NCBI GenBank assembly: GCA_016707705.1 | Contig: JADJHD010000017.1 | Coordinates: 68,430 to 132,429 of the forward strand | Direction: 5' to 3' | DNA from: Bacteroidales bacterium | Lineage (GTDB): Bacteria; Bacteroidota; Bacteroidia; Bacteroidales; UBA4417 | Length of the DNA stretch: 64,000 nt | Shown here: positions 54,673-64,000 of the stretch, piece by piece | How positions within the stretch are numbered: the stretch's first letter is position 1 | Layout: each line of letters starts with the position of its first letter | The notes under the pieces: model-generated | Database searches by the model: none | What the model was told of the DNA's origin: nothing | What the model saw: only the letters and a program-made list of their open reading frames with translations | Position numbers and translations under genes: made by a program

Positions 54673-56670
54673 ATGATCAAACATAAATTATACTCTTTAC
54701 TGGTAGTTCTATTTACCCTTGTATCCTTCAATAGCCTGAAAGCCCAAAACACTGACCTTGCCAAGCCGGGGCCAAATGGGATCTATCTCTTCTTCGGAAA
54801 AGCAATTCCGTCAGGGAAAACTATCTCAGCCTATATCATTGAGAGGAAACAGGAAAATGAGGATTGGAAAAAGATAGCTGAAGTAAAGGCCCCAGTTTCA
54901 TTTATCGAATTTCAAAACCGAATCAAGGAGGCTAAGGCATTGCTGCCAGCACAACCTTTGCCAGGTGAATCCCGTTTGAAACAAATATATGAGAAAGCTA
55001 TTCTGACCGGATCTGTTGATTCACTCAAGGGGTGGGTACTCCAATACCCTCTCCGCCTTGCACTTGGATTGATGTATCATGATGCTACAGCCAAAACGGG
55101 TAAAGGGTTTCAGTATCGAATCACCAATGTCAATGCCAATGGTGAACCTGGAACCGTAAGCACCTCTGGTACTATTGATATGCCTTTTACAATCACCTTT
55201 GATGATATTCAATTGGCTGAGAGCTCCAAAACCGACTACGGTGTTATTATCAAATGGCGCTCAGCCGGCAATAAACCCAGTCCATTATTCATGGTAATGA
55301 AGCTTGAAGGACAAATTGCAGTAAATGCCGAGGGCCGGGTAAGCCATTACTCAAGGAACGATACTACATACTACACATTTCTGGATTCACTGAATGCCGG
55401 GCAACTCTCTCAGGATCTGAAGTACTTCCTCTCCCCTTATGATCTGCTTGGAAATTCAGGAAAATCGTCTCAGGTAGTGCAAATCGGACAGGATAACTTC
55501 AATAAGGCCTATTTCATGAAAACCCGGGCTACAGTAATTCCTGATGATTTTTTGGTAAGAATATCCTGGCATTTCAGCGATCCCCTGACTGTGAAAAGTA
55601 TGGATTTATATCGAAGCAATGAACTTGAAAAGGGATATGTCAGGATCGCTTCATTTACTAAGGAAGACACTGTTTATGTTGATGAAAGGGTTTTGCCTGC
55701 ACGCAACTACTATTATTTCCTGCAAGCCAATTCAAGAAACGGCAACCGATACAAACAAAGTGAAAAGCTTACAGCGGTGCTTGGACTGCCGGCTAAACCT
55801 CTTGCTCCAACTTTGTTATCAGCTCAGAAGGAAGCCGATGGCATTCATTTATCGATCGAAATTACTGACCCCAAAACAACTGGTATCAGGATTTTCAGGA
55901 AAACCGGAAGTGCCGGGGAATTAATTGCTGTATCTGAACTTCTCGAAAGGCCCCAAGGTTCAAACATGGTATTTACGGATCCTCTGAATTTCTTGTCGAT
56001 GGACGAGACCTATTCCTATGCCATTAGAGCTGAAAGTAAGTTCAGAATGATAAGCGATCTTTCCAATATAATCACAGTGAAACCTCTTTCAGGAAACGGA
56101 CCGCTACCTCCCGCCTTTTTGAAAGCGACTATCGAAGAATCAAAAGTGCAGTTATCCTGGGAAAACAGAATTGCCTCAGATCCTGAAACCAGGGGATACC
56201 TTTTAACCCGTAAGGATGCAGCCTCAGAAAACTCCATCATTCTGGCAGGAGAAACGAGCGCTTATGTTCCAAATTACTTTACCGACAGCAGTCTTAAATT
56301 GGATAGGGTGTATACCTATTCAGTTCAATGCATGGATGCCGGAAATCATGCTGGTTCCGGAAAGGCGATTCTGGCTGTAACACTCCAGCCGGGAACTCCA
56401 ATTACCCCTTCGGGACTTACGCTGAAAAATGAAATCAGGGGAGTCAAGCTTTCATGGGGAGCAGTAGTCTATCCAGCAATGCAGTTATACAGGATTTATC
56501 GCTCTGCTGAAGGACAGAAGCCTTCGGTACTCATTACACTTCCGTCTTCAATTCAGGATTATGTTGATTCAACTGCGGAAAAAGGGATCAGCTATCAGTA
56601 TTTCATTACAAGCCTGAATGCTGAAGGGAAAGAAAGTGAAACATCCGGGACAGAATCTATTACACCTTAG
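54673..56670 (+). CDS. Hypothetical secreted protein with several Ig/Fn3-like beta-sandwich repeats
   Basis: 665 aa. Signal peptide MIKHKLYSLLVVLFTLVSFNSLKAQ. Recurrent ~90-aa segments end in Y.Y.(I/V)...(N/D)..GN.(S/G) (YQYRITNVNANGEPG, YYYFLQANSRNGNRY, YSYAIRAESKF, YTYSVQCMDAGNHAG, YQYFITSLNAEGKES), as in Fn3-type domains. Confidence 0.5.
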   Translation: MIKHKLYSLLVVLFTLVSFNSLKAQNTDLAKPGPNGIYLFFGKAIPSGKTISAYIIERKQENEDWKKIAEVKAPVSFIEFQNRIKEAKALLPAQPLPGESRLKQIYEKAILTGSVDSLKGWVLQYPLRLALGLMYHDATAKTGKGFQYRITNVNANGEPGTVSTSGTIDMPFTITFDDIQLAESSKTDYGVIIKWRSAGNKPSPLFMVMKLEGQIAVNAEGRVSHYSRNDTTYYTFLDSLNAGQLSQDLKYFLSPYDLLGNSGKSSQVVQIGQDNFNKAYFMKTRATVIPDDFLVRISWHFSDPLTVKSMDLYRSNELEKGYVRIASFTKEDTVYVDERVLPARNYYYFLQANSRNGNRYKQSEKLTAVLGLPAKPLAPTLLSAQKEADGIHLSIEITDPKTTGIRIFRKTGSAGELIAVSELLERPQGSNMVFTDPLNFLSMDETYSYAIRAESKFRMISDLSNIITVKPLSGNGPLPPAFLKATIEESKVQLSWENRIASDPETRGYLLTRKDAASENSIILAGETSAYVPNYFTDSSLKLDRVYTYSVQCMDAGNHAGSGKAILAVTLQPGTPITPSGLTLKNEIRGVKLSWGAVVYPAMQLYRIYRSAEGQKPSVLITLPSSIQDYVDSTAEKGISYQYFITSLNAEGKESETSGTESITP

Positions 56671-56713
56671 TTTCACATTAAGTTTCGGATTGATATTTTC
56701 CCTGAATCTCACA

Positions 56714-56748
56714 ATAAAAAAATGCGCTGCAGTTTCCTGCCGCGCATT
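56714..56748 (-). terminator. Intrinsic terminator of the minus-strand lipoprotein gene
   Basis: Stem aatgcgctgcag / ctgccgcgcatt (56721-56748, one mismatch), loop tttc. An A-run at 56714-56720 gives a T-tract on the minus strand. Confidence 0.6.
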
Positions 56749-56816
56749 GGTCGTATATGAGAGCCCGGTTTTAAAGCCGGTGGAGTATTAGTAGTGGGTT
56801 TTCAGTTGTGGATACG

Positions 56817-57266
56817 TTATTTCCCGAAACGCAGGGTTTCATTTGAAAGCACATTATCATCGCGAAGCCAGATTTCGGTAGCTGTTACCTTTTCAGCCAG
56901 CCATTTCTTGCTTACCTTGTTCATAAGCTTATCACCGGCAACATCAATTGTGAATTTGTGGAATTTGTCATCAGTAGAGGGATCATCGGAGCCTGTTTGA
57001 CTGGCGAGTGACCATGTGCCGGTAAAGCTTGCTGTGGTGCTGTTGGCAACAATAGTACCGTCAGTGTTGAAGCTGAAGCTTAAGCCAGAGAAATCTGAGG
57101 TTTCGTCAACTCCGGAATCAAGATACTGGGTAACTTTCCAGTCACCGGTAGAAACCATATTGTTTTGAGTGGTAAGGTCAGTTGCCGGATCGGTGGTTTC
57201 GCTTTTTGAACACGATACTGCCAGAAGAACTAAAGTGAGAAGCGGAAGATAGATGAGCTTTTTCAT
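56817..57266 (-). CDS. Hypothetical lipoprotein
   Basis: The internal ATG at 57266 gives MKKLIYLPLLTLVLLAVSCSK (lipobox AVSC). 149 aa with no recognised family. Confidence 0.6.
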   Translation of the reverse strand: MKKLIYLPLLTLVLLAVSCSKSETTDPATDLTTQNNMVSTGDWKVTQYLDSGVDETSDFSGLSFSFNTDGTIVANSTTASFTGTWSLASQTGSDDPSTDDKFHKFTIDVAGDKLMNKVSKKWLAEKVTATEIWLRDDNVLSNETLRFGK

Positions 57267-57466
57267 AGTGATGAGGGTTTTTAGTTTGTTGTTTGAATAA
57301 GTTTGATGAAGCAAAGTAACAGCAGACTGATTTCCTGCCGAAACTTAGTTTTCCGAAATGGTAAGAATGATGGATGAACAGGAATAAAACAGCCCTTTTC
57401 AGGAATTTCGAATAGAAATATTCTAAATAATTTAGCTAATAAAATATTTATCAGATACTTATAATA

Positions 57467-58015
57467 CTATTCGGAGATAGACAATGATTTCCCGGGTACA
57501 CTATAATGCATCTGCACCAGTCCACTGGGGTAAGATTTGCAGGAGATCAGATGCATGGTTTGCAGTACATTACCACTTCTGAAAAGGGGGATTCCATCTC
57601 CCAGAATAACAGGAATTATAGAAAGTATCAGATCATCAACTTCTCCTGCCTTAAAGAGCTGATTTACTATCTCCGAACCTCCATCACAGTAAATGTTTTT
57701 ACCGGGCTTGCCTTTCAGCTCTCTTGCCAAATCAGCGGGATTTCCCTGATAATAGTGCATCGAACCCTTATCCTGCCTGAGATTGCGACTTATTACATAT
57801 ACTTCCCGATCCTGCAGCGGGTATTCATATCCCATTGATTCTACCTTCTCAATGGTTTTCCTGCCTATGATAACAGCATCAATGGTTTTGACAAACTCTG
57901 AATATCCATAATCCTCCCCGGCTACCTCAACCTGCGACAGAAACCCAAGATCCCCTTCGGGGCCTGCTATAAAGCCATCGATACTCATGGAAATGTAAAC
58001 AATGAGTTTTCGCAT
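57467..58015 (-). CDS. Dihydrofolate reductase-family protein (RibD C-terminal domain type)
   Basis: ATG 58015 gives MRKLIVYISMSIDGFIAGPEGDLGFL, which matches the typical RibD_C/DHFR-like N-terminus. 182 aa. The longer ORF start (58105) would overlap the response regulator gene. Confidence 0.7.
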   Translation of the reverse strand: MRKLIVYISMSIDGFIAGPEGDLGFLSQVEVAGEDYGYSEFVKTIDAVIIGRKTIEKVESMGYEYPLQDREVYVISRNLRQDKGSMHYYQGNPADLARELKGKPGKNIYCDGGSEIVNQLFKAGEVDDLILSIIPVILGDGIPLFRSGNVLQTMHLISCKSYPSGLVQMHYSVPGKSLSISE

Positions 58016-58037
58016 CTGAAAAAATAAAGTAGTTGAA

Positions 58038-58802
58038 TTACTTACCGGCCAGCCACTCCTTGAAATCGCCTGAACGCTCGGTACTGGAAATAACTTCAAG
58101 CTCACTAAGGGGTTCCAGTGTTATCTTGACTCTGGATTTGCTGTAGGAAATCATCTTCTGAATTGAGCCATAGCTGATCAGGAACTTGCGGTTAATCCTG
58201 AAAAAGCGCTCCGGGTCAACCTTCTTTTCAAGCTGATCAAGGGTGAAATCAACAGGATAGGATTTGCCATCCGACATGGTAGCAAATACTATCTTCTCAT
58301 CAGTATAGAAGTAGGCTACATCCTTAACCTCCACAGCCTTAATCACATCACCATAACGAATCACCATTCTCTTAAGTGATTCTGTTTTCCTGACTCCCAG
58401 CATCTGGGCGATCATGGAATAATCCAGAACCGGAGGCTTGGCAGCAGCCTGCAATCGCTTGAATTTCTTCAGACTCTCAGCCAGATCTTCCTTGTTAACC
58501 GGCTTAAGCAGATAATCAATGCTGTTCACCTTGAAGGCCTGAATTGCATACTGGTCATATGCGGTGGCGAAAATTACCGGACAATTAACCTGTATCTCCT
58601 CAAATATTTCGAAACTGGAGCCATCGGCAAGATGAATATCCATCATGATCAACTCCGGCTCGGTATGCGATTTCAACCAGGCTACAGATGATTCAATGCT
58701 TCCCAGGATATCAACCACAACAATCTCCGGGTCAATCTCCTGCAATAGCTTCTGCATTCTCCGGGCAATGGCCGCTTCATCTTCAATAATCAGGATGTTC
58801 AT
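58038..58802 (-). CDS. LytTR-family two-component response regulator
   Basis: 254 aa. Receiver domain MNILIIEDE...IMMDIHLADGSSFEIF. C-terminal LytTR-like region (FYTDEKIVFATMSDGKSYPVDFTLDQLE...FFRINRKFLISY). Confidence 0.85.
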   Translation of the reverse strand: MNILIIEDEAAIARRMQKLLQEIDPEIVVVDILGSIESSVAWLKSHTEPELIMMDIHLADGSSFEIFEEIQVNCPVIFATAYDQYAIQAFKVNSIDYLLKPVNKEDLAESLKKFKRLQAAAKPPVLDYSMIAQMLGVRKTESLKRMVIRYGDVIKAVEVKDVAYFYTDEKIVFATMSDGKSYPVDFTLDQLEKKVDPERFFRINRKFLISYGSIQKMISYSKSRVKITLEPLSELEVISSTERSGDFKEWLAGK

Positions 58803-58804
58803 AG

Positions 58805-61726
58805 TCAGGGCTTTAATAAGGGTAATTCAATGATGAACTGATCAATAGTCTCTACAAGGCTAATACCTTCCTGTCCAAGCAGTCGGTAACGGTTTCGGAT
58901 ATTCTCAAGGCCAATGCCGGTAGAGGATTCAACGAGCTTCTTACGCTGAAGGTTATTGCAGACAATAAGTTTATTCTCTTCTGTATAGATGCGCACCAGC
59001 AAAGGTTTATCAGGGGAGACCACATTATGCTTGATGGCATTTTCCACTAGCATTTGAAGGGTCATCGGAGGTATCAGCGAACTCATCTCTTCCGGTTTAA
59101 CCAAGATTTCCATCTGGAAATTCTCGCCGTACCTCTGCTGTTGCAAATATCTGTAAGTATCAATAAGCTTTAACTCTTCCTGAAGGGAAATCAGGTCTTT
59201 ATCCCTGTATTCCAATATATTGCGAAAGAACTGTGAAAGTTTTTGTACATATTCTATCGCCATTTCCTTATCCTCATCAATAACTGACATCAGGGTACTG
59301 AAGCTGTTAAACAGGAAGTGTGGATTTACCTGAGAGCGTAAGGTTTGAAACTGAAATAGCAGCTTCTCCCTTTCCTGAGCCTCCTTCTGACGGTAACGCA
59401 CTTCCCTCTGCCTGATTATCATCAAGATAACTGAACCAGCAAATAATATTACCAGGATAATGAACCAGATTTCCTTCCAAAGAGGTTTGTGAATTTCAAA
59501 CTGGTAGGAAATTATAACTGAGTCCTTATAGTTATTCTTCAGGCCGGCTCTGATCAAAAAAGTGTAATTCCCTGGTGGCAGATTTGAATAGGTTGCCATG
59601 TTGTCGCGGGTATTGATCCATTCCAGGTCATAGCCTTCAAGCTTGATCTGATAGGTTACCATATCCGGTGCACTAAACCAGGCGGCATTAAAGAAAAAGG
59701 AAAGATAATTCTGATTCCAGCTAAAGGAATGGACATCGATGTAGTTCTCATTCCCAAGAAATACAGCAACTTTATTTAGTTTCAATGAAGGCCTTCGCGG
59801 ACGGCCGTCCCTGGGGATTTCCAGACGAACCATTCCGTTTTGAGTTCCCAGCCAAAAGGTATGGGTACCATCACCGGAGATAACGTTAAGGTCAGGGTTT
59901 ATATCGTCAAGTCCAAGTTCTGAGCCGTAATAAATGAATGATCCTGTGCGGGTATCCAAAATATCAATCCCATGATCATTGGCGAACAGAATATGGTTTT
60001 TTCTGTCGGATGCAATGCAACTGATCTGCATTTCGCTCAATCCGTCCATCAGACTGATATTCTTGAAAGATTTCCCGTCATAACAGTATACTCCTGCATT
60101 GGCAGTGGTGAACCATATTCTTCCCTTCTCATCTTCTGTAATTGAATATACCACCTTGCTCTTCAGACCATTGGTTTCCGAAAATGTTGTAAACCGCCCA
60201 TGGTCGTATACCGAAATTCCTTTCCCATCGGTTCCGAACCATACTCTTCTTTTGCTGTCGATATAAACAGAGTAGATGTAATTATTCCCCGGACCATTTT
60301 CCTGATCAAAATTGGTAAACTCCAGACTGGCGTCATCCCGGTCAGGATTCTCCTTTAGCAGGCAACGATAAGCCCCACCAAGTGTAGCCAGCCAAATCTC
60401 ATTTCCCTTTCCGGCAATGGAAAGAATATTGCCGTTCGATAGTCCGTCCTTCTCTCTGATCCAGCGGGTGCGCCCAGAAACAGGGTTAATCCTTAACAAA
60501 CCGTTTCCAAAGGTTCCTGCCCAAATATATCCACAGCTGTCTTCATAAAGGCTGATAATATGCGTATGAACTGAAAATGGCAAATGTATTTCCTTCTGTA
60601 TCATGCCTTCCTTACCAGGCTGAATCATGTGAAGATGCCCTTCATTGCTAAACCATACACGACCATATCGATCCTTGAGAATACTCTGAACCTTCCCTAT
60701 TTCCCGGCCATTCCATACCTTCAGTGTTTTGAGTCCGGGCCCGGTTGAAAAAATCAGTTCACTATTGGTGGTTATCCAGCAATTCCCCTGATTATCAGCC
60801 ATGAGACCACTTACCCGCGGAAAACTCATATTTGATCCTGTCAGAAAACTCTTTGGAAACGACTGCCTTACCGGGTCAATTTCAAGTACTCCATTCTGAT
60901 CGGTGGTTATCCATAAAATATCATTGAAAACAAGTATATCCCTGACTGGTCCGTAAACCCAATTCTGGGCAACATCCGGGATATTCACCTTTAGATTGTA
61001 GCTATTCACTGAACAGATGCCGCCATCCTGCATCCCAATCCACATATGTCCATTCATTCCGGGTGAAATGGAGAGCACAATATTATCAGGAAGGCCCTGA
61101 AGAACAGTAACCTTATCCACCTTCTTCATTTTTCCACTTGCTAAACAAATAGAAATGCCTTCATCAGTAGCGGCCCAGATACGCCCATACATATCGGGGA
61201 CAATACCATAACAGAAATTATCGCTAAGTCCGTCGTCGGTATTCAAATTGTAAAGATGTCTTTCATTAAAATAATACAAGCCTTCCCCATAGGTGGAAAA
61301 CCACAGATTACCCTTTTGGTCTGTGGCAAAACCGGTGATAGCCTTGGTTGGCAGACCTTCTTCCGGCTGAAATTCAACCAGACTGTCGTTGACCAGATGA
61401 TAGATTTCCCCCTTTCTGGTTCCAACCCATAACCTGGAAGTGCTATCCATAAAAAGTGCGGTAACCTGTATTTCGGCATTCCCTTTAGCAAGAGGAATTG
61501 TATAAAAATCCTTCCCGTTGTATCTCAGCAATCCCTTTCCACTTCCCAGCCATATAAAACCGGATCCATCCTGATATATACAGTTCAGGGTAGTTGCATT
61601 TATAATCTCAGGAAGCCTGACTTGCCGGAAAAAGGGATCCTGTGCTTTCAGAACAGGAGTATTCAGAACGCAGATAACAAATACCAGCAACCGAAAAAGC
61701 AAGGCTTGTAAAGATTTCATCCTCAT
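58805..61726 (-). CDS. Sensor histidine kinase with periplasmic two-component-regulator propeller/Y_Y_Y domain and LytS-type kinase core
   Basis: 973 aa. Signal/anchor, many W/G-rich propeller repeats (GxxWxGTxxGL), NLPPGNYTFLIRA (Y_Y_Y-like), a TM segment IWFIILVILFAGSVILMII, then QVNPHFLFNSFSTL (His_kinase PF06580-type H box) and an ATPase region. Confidence 0.85.
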   Translation of the reverse strand: MRMKSLQALLFRLLVFVICVLNTPVLKAQDPFFRQVRLPEIINATTLNCIYQDGSGFIWLGSGKGLLRYNGKDFYTIPLAKGNAEIQVTALFMDSTSRLWVGTRKGEIYHLVNDSLVEFQPEEGLPTKAITGFATDQKGNLWFSTYGEGLYYFNERHLYNLNTDDGLSDNFCYGIVPDMYGRIWAATDEGISICLASGKMKKVDKVTVLQGLPDNIVLSISPGMNGHMWIGMQDGGICSVNSYNLKVNIPDVAQNWVYGPVRDILVFNDILWITTDQNGVLEIDPVRQSFPKSFLTGSNMSFPRVSGLMADNQGNCWITTNSELIFSTGPGLKTLKVWNGREIGKVQSILKDRYGRVWFSNEGHLHMIQPGKEGMIQKEIHLPFSVHTHIISLYEDSCGYIWAGTFGNGLLRINPVSGRTRWIREKDGLSNGNILSIAGKGNEIWLATLGGAYRCLLKENPDRDDASLEFTNFDQENGPGNNYIYSVYIDSKRRVWFGTDGKGISVYDHGRFTTFSETNGLKSKVVYSITEDEKGRIWFTTANAGVYCYDGKSFKNISLMDGLSEMQISCIASDRKNHILFANDHGIDILDTRTGSFIYYGSELGLDDINPDLNVISGDGTHTFWLGTQNGMVRLEIPRDGRPRRPSLKLNKVAVFLGNENYIDVHSFSWNQNYLSFFFNAAWFSAPDMVTYQIKLEGYDLEWINTRDNMATYSNLPPGNYTFLIRAGLKNNYKDSVIISYQFEIHKPLWKEIWFIILVILFAGSVILMIIRQREVRYRQKEAQEREKLLFQFQTLRSQVNPHFLFNSFSTLMSVIDEDKEMAIEYVQKLSQFFRNILEYRDKDLISLQEELKLIDTYRYLQQQRYGENFQMEILVKPEEMSSLIPPMTLQMLVENAIKHNVVSPDKPLLVRIYTEENKLIVCNNLQRKKLVESSTGIGLENIRNRYRLLGQEGISLVETIDQFIIELPLLKP

Positions 61727-62274
61727 TTTCTTACCATTTCCAGGTTGACTTTTACAAAGATCTCCTCGGCAATTTTCTGATATACTACCCTTGGAATATT
61801 AATATTATGTTCCTGAAGCATCACACTGAAATCAGAAGTAGCAGTGAGAACTCCATTCTTCATTTTCAGCTTTACCTTCAGGATACGCTCCTGCTCCACA
61901 CCATGTATAAACAACATTCCCTTAGCCCTTATGGTATATTCTCCATCAGCAGTGAAATCAATTTGCTCAATGATCTTCCCATTGAACCTGGATTCAGGAT
62001 ATTTCTGGGCCTCAATATAGTTTTCATAGAAATGAACCTGCTGCAAAGGGCTATTGAAACCTTTGAATGAGGTACTTGGAATCACAAAACTGAATGATCG
62101 CTTACCAGGATCCAATTGACCCTGCAATTGAGTTGATTCAGCACTGATTACTTCAAGTGGCGCATCGGATTGAAACTTCACCAGACTTTTCCTGACAATG
62201 AAACTACCTTTCTGAGCATACAGATTTGCAGTTGCAATACAAAGACTGATTACCAGCAGGATTCGAATCCTCAT
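61723..62274 (-). CDS. YceI-like protein (paralog), first gene of the HK/RR operon
   Basis: 183 aa. Signal peptide MRIRILLVISLCIATANLYAQ. FSFVIPSTSFKGFNSPLQQVHFYENYIEAQKYPESRFNGKI...GMLFIHGVEQERILKV. Its stop overlaps the kinase start by 4 nt. Confidence 0.7.
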   Translation of the reverse strand: MRIRILLVISLCIATANLYAQKGSFIVRKSLVKFQSDAPLEVISAESTQLQGQLDPGKRSFSFVIPSTSFKGFNSPLQQVHFYENYIEAQKYPESRFNGKIIEQIDFTADGEYTIRAKGMLFIHGVEQERILKVKLKMKNGVLTATSDFSVMLQEHNINIPRVVYQKIAEEIFVKVNLEMVRK

Positions 62275-62319
62275 TCTTTATTGAATTTTTTAAAAGATAT
62301 AAGCCTGATATACAAAACA

Positions 62320-62327
62320 CAAACCTA
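62320..62327 (-). promoter_or_regulatory. Candidate -7 promoter motif (TAnnTTTG) for the yceI-HK-RR operon
   Basis: + strand caaaccta = minus-strand TAGGTTTG, 46 nt upstream of ATG 62274. Confidence 0.35.
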
Positions 62328-62401
62328 TGCAGTTTGTTTAAATAGCTGCCTAATCCGTGCCTGCTTACCTAAACGAAAATACAAAAAACGTAGAATCTGA
62401 C

Positions 62402-62409
62402 TACTTTTG
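62402..62409 (+). promoter_or_regulatory. Bacteroidota-type -7 promoter motif (TAnnTTTG) for the MFS transporter
   Basis: tacttttg lies 19 nt upstream of ATG 62428. Confidence 0.45.
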
Positions 62410-62427
62410 CAGTCAAATCACCAATAG

Positions 62428-63606
62428 ATGAACCCACAAAACCAGCCGATCTGGACTCGCAGTTTTCTTTCAATTTTTATGGCCAGTCTGTTGGTTTTCA
62501 CTGCCTTCTATCTGCTTTTGCCTACTTTGCCCCTGTATCTGATTAACGGACTGCATATCAGTGCCGGATATACCGGGATTGTGCTGGCAGTGTATACTGT
62601 TGCAGCCCTTATTATTCGTCCGTTTACCGGGTTTATGCTTGATCTTTATGGACGAAAATGGATATACCTTTCGGGATTGATTCTCTTTTCGCTTCTTTTC
62701 AGCGGATACATTTTTGTAGCTACTCTGGCCGGAATGCTTATCATTCGCTTTGTTCACGGACTCTTCTGGGGTATTACCACTACCTCTGGTAGCACCATAG
62801 CCGTTGACCTCGTTCCTGCAAAGCGCAGGGGAGAAGGGCTGGGGTATTTCGGACTTGCCAGCACCATTCCCATGGCAATCGGGCCAATGCTTGGACTACA
62901 GTTGGTATCAGGAGGGAACTACAATCAAATGTTCCTCGTATCGATCATACTGGCAGTTGTGGGTGTGGCATTTGCTTTTGGTATCAAATACCCGGAACTT
63001 CCTGTTCATACTGCAAAGTTTTCCATTCGTAGCATGTTTGAAGTCTCAGCATTACCTGTTGCAGCCATCCTGTTTATTAACATGATCACCTACGGAGGAG
63101 TTGTGTCCTTTGTTTCCCTTTATGTTAAGGAAACAGGAGTAGGAAATGCAGGTATGTTTTTCATGAATTATGCTATTGGCATTGCCCTTTCCAGAATTGT
63201 GAGCGGCAAGATTTTCGACAGGCGCGGACCTGGAATCATAACAACTCTGGCCTTTATTTCAATCATAATAGGGTTTCTTATACTTGCCCTCTATCATAAC
63301 AATGTAAGTTTCCTCTTTGCAGCCTTTATGATGGGACTGGGAGGAGGAGTACTTTTCCCGATATGTCAGGCGATGGTAAATAACATGGTACTTCCTCATC
63401 GCAGGGGTGCTGCAAACTCTACCCTTTTCACCGTGCTTGATCTCGGAATCGGCTGTGGTATGATGCTCACGGGATATCTGGCCGAGCATACAGGACTGGT
63501 TAATGCCTTCATTGCATGCAGCGTAATCAATGTGGTTGCCCTTATCCTGTTTATGACCTACTCGAACCGCCACTACATGAAGCATAAGCTCAACCATGCT
63601 TCTTAA
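62428..63606 (+). CDS. MFS transporter
   Basis: 392 aa with about 12 hydrophobic segments. MFS loop 2-3 motif GFMLDLYGRKWIY (G-x3-D-x2-GR-K/R). Confidence 0.85.
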   Translation: MNPQNQPIWTRSFLSIFMASLLVFTAFYLLLPTLPLYLINGLHISAGYTGIVLAVYTVAALIIRPFTGFMLDLYGRKWIYLSGLILFSLLFSGYIFVATLAGMLIIRFVHGLFWGITTTSGSTIAVDLVPAKRRGEGLGYFGLASTIPMAIGPMLGLQLVSGGNYNQMFLVSIILAVVGVAFAFGIKYPELPVHTAKFSIRSMFEVSALPVAAILFINMITYGGVVSFVSLYVKETGVGNAGMFFMNYAIGIALSRIVSGKIFDRRGPGIITTLAFISIIIGFLILALYHNNVSFLFAAFMMGLGGGVLFPICQAMVNNMVLPHRRGAANSTLFTVLDLGIGCGMMLTGYLAEHTGLVNAFIACSVINVVALILFMTYSNRHYMKHKLNHAS

Positions 63607-63774
63607 CTGACAATTATTATCCCAGAACACGCACTGTCATTAAAAAGTCCACAAGCTGTGGAAATCTGCCCGGCACTGCACTCACAACTCGTTTAACCAG
63701 TCTGAAATCCACTGAATTATGCATGGGAAGCAAGGCCTATGTACATATGTATGAATGTATATCTGAAAAATATG

Positions 63775-63782
63775 TATCTTTG
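63775..63782 (+). promoter_or_regulatory. Candidate -7 promoter motif (TAnnTTTG) for the biotin carboxylase gene
   Basis: tatctttg lies 66 nt upstream of ATG 63848. Confidence 0.35.
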
Positions 63783-63847
63783 CCGCCGCCCAAGTCTGCC
63801 CCTCTGAATTATCATAGTTTGGGGCTTTAACCGAGATAAAACTGAAT

Positions 63848-64000
63848 ATGAGTCAACGGAAAATCAAGAAGGTTCTTATTGCCAACCGTGGAGAGATTGC
63901 AGTCCGCATTATCCGCTCCTGTCGTGAAATGGGTATTCATACCGTAGCCGTCTTTTCAGATGCCGACCGCACTGCAATGCATGTACGTTATGCCGGAGAA
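63848..64000 (+). CDS. accC: Biotin carboxylase (acetyl-CoA carboxylase subunit or related biotin-dependent carboxylase), N-terminal 51 codons; continues beyond the window
   Basis: Not in the ORF track because no stop falls in the window. ATG 63848 translates to [51 protein letters not shown], the canonical biotin carboxylase N-terminus. Confidence 0.8.
   Translation, partial: MSQRKIKKVLIANRGEIAVRIIRSCREMGIHTVAVFSDADRTAMHVRYAGE

Noticed and set aside
63640-63680. Hairpin tccaca-agc-tgtgga after the MFS gene as a terminator
   Set aside because: The stem is only 6 bp and no T-tract follows. That is not enough to call a terminator.

Overview
This 64-kb window looks like a Bacteroidota chromosomal segment. 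Supporting signs are a T9SS type-B C-terminal sorting domain, TonB-dependent receptors with CarboxypepD_reg-type N-termini, a SPOR protein, a LytTR/Y_Y_Y two-component pair, and TAnnTTTG -7 promoter motifs 15-65 nt upstream of many start codons.

Bases 1-24,400 carry ordinary housekeeping genes: an Omp85-family barrel C-terminus, a TauE-like protein, a PNPOx-like protein, class II ribonucleotide reductase nrdJ, a radical SAM protein, a polyprenyl synthase, a MORN/YwqK-like protein, a CAP-domain protein, an OM barrel, ubiX, arginine deiminase, queG, ruvB, two tandem-domain USPs flanking a SPOR protein, class II fba, tRNA-Arg(CCG) and a 1083-aa TonB-dependent receptor.

Bases 24,411-49,057 (about 24.6 kb) hold two tandem, same-strand giant paralogous genes (11,162 and 13,304 nt) that look like cell-surface adhesins. 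Each has a signal peptide, a shared uncharacterised N-terminal module of about 470 aa, arrays of Cys-containing repeats of about 87 aa (about 10 versus about 19 units), about 20 PKD domains and a T9SS type-B (gliding-motility-associated) C-terminal domain. Their last ~5.15 kb are nearly identical at nucleotide level, whereas the sequence upstream is much more diverged, which suggests recent gene conversion. Gene 1 is interrupted by about 12 frameshifting indels, those in the 3' part mostly in short C/G runs. Gene 2 is interrupted by a single 2-nt insertion, whose premature TGA is overlapped by a newly created ATG.

Downstream lie a protein resembling the N-terminal domain of archaeal TiaS, an overlapping multi-pass membrane protein, a lipoprotein translationally coupled to a second TonB-dependent receptor, two YceI-like paralogs, a secreted protein with possible Fn3-like repeats, a yceI-HK-LytTR-DHFR-like operon, an MFS transporter and the start of a biotin carboxylase.

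The intergenic spacers are unusually rich in structured repeat families: a GC hairpin and a MITE-like pair, an 80-bp x2 unit, a 38-bp x8 array, a 51-bp x5 array, a G4-prone 8-mer array, CA-rich blocks abutting stop codons, and two 132-bp units that carry disrupted replicas of the tRNA-Arg 5' part.

All calls come from reading the sequence and the ORF track by eye. No similarity searches or computations were run, so family assignments rest on recognised motifs.
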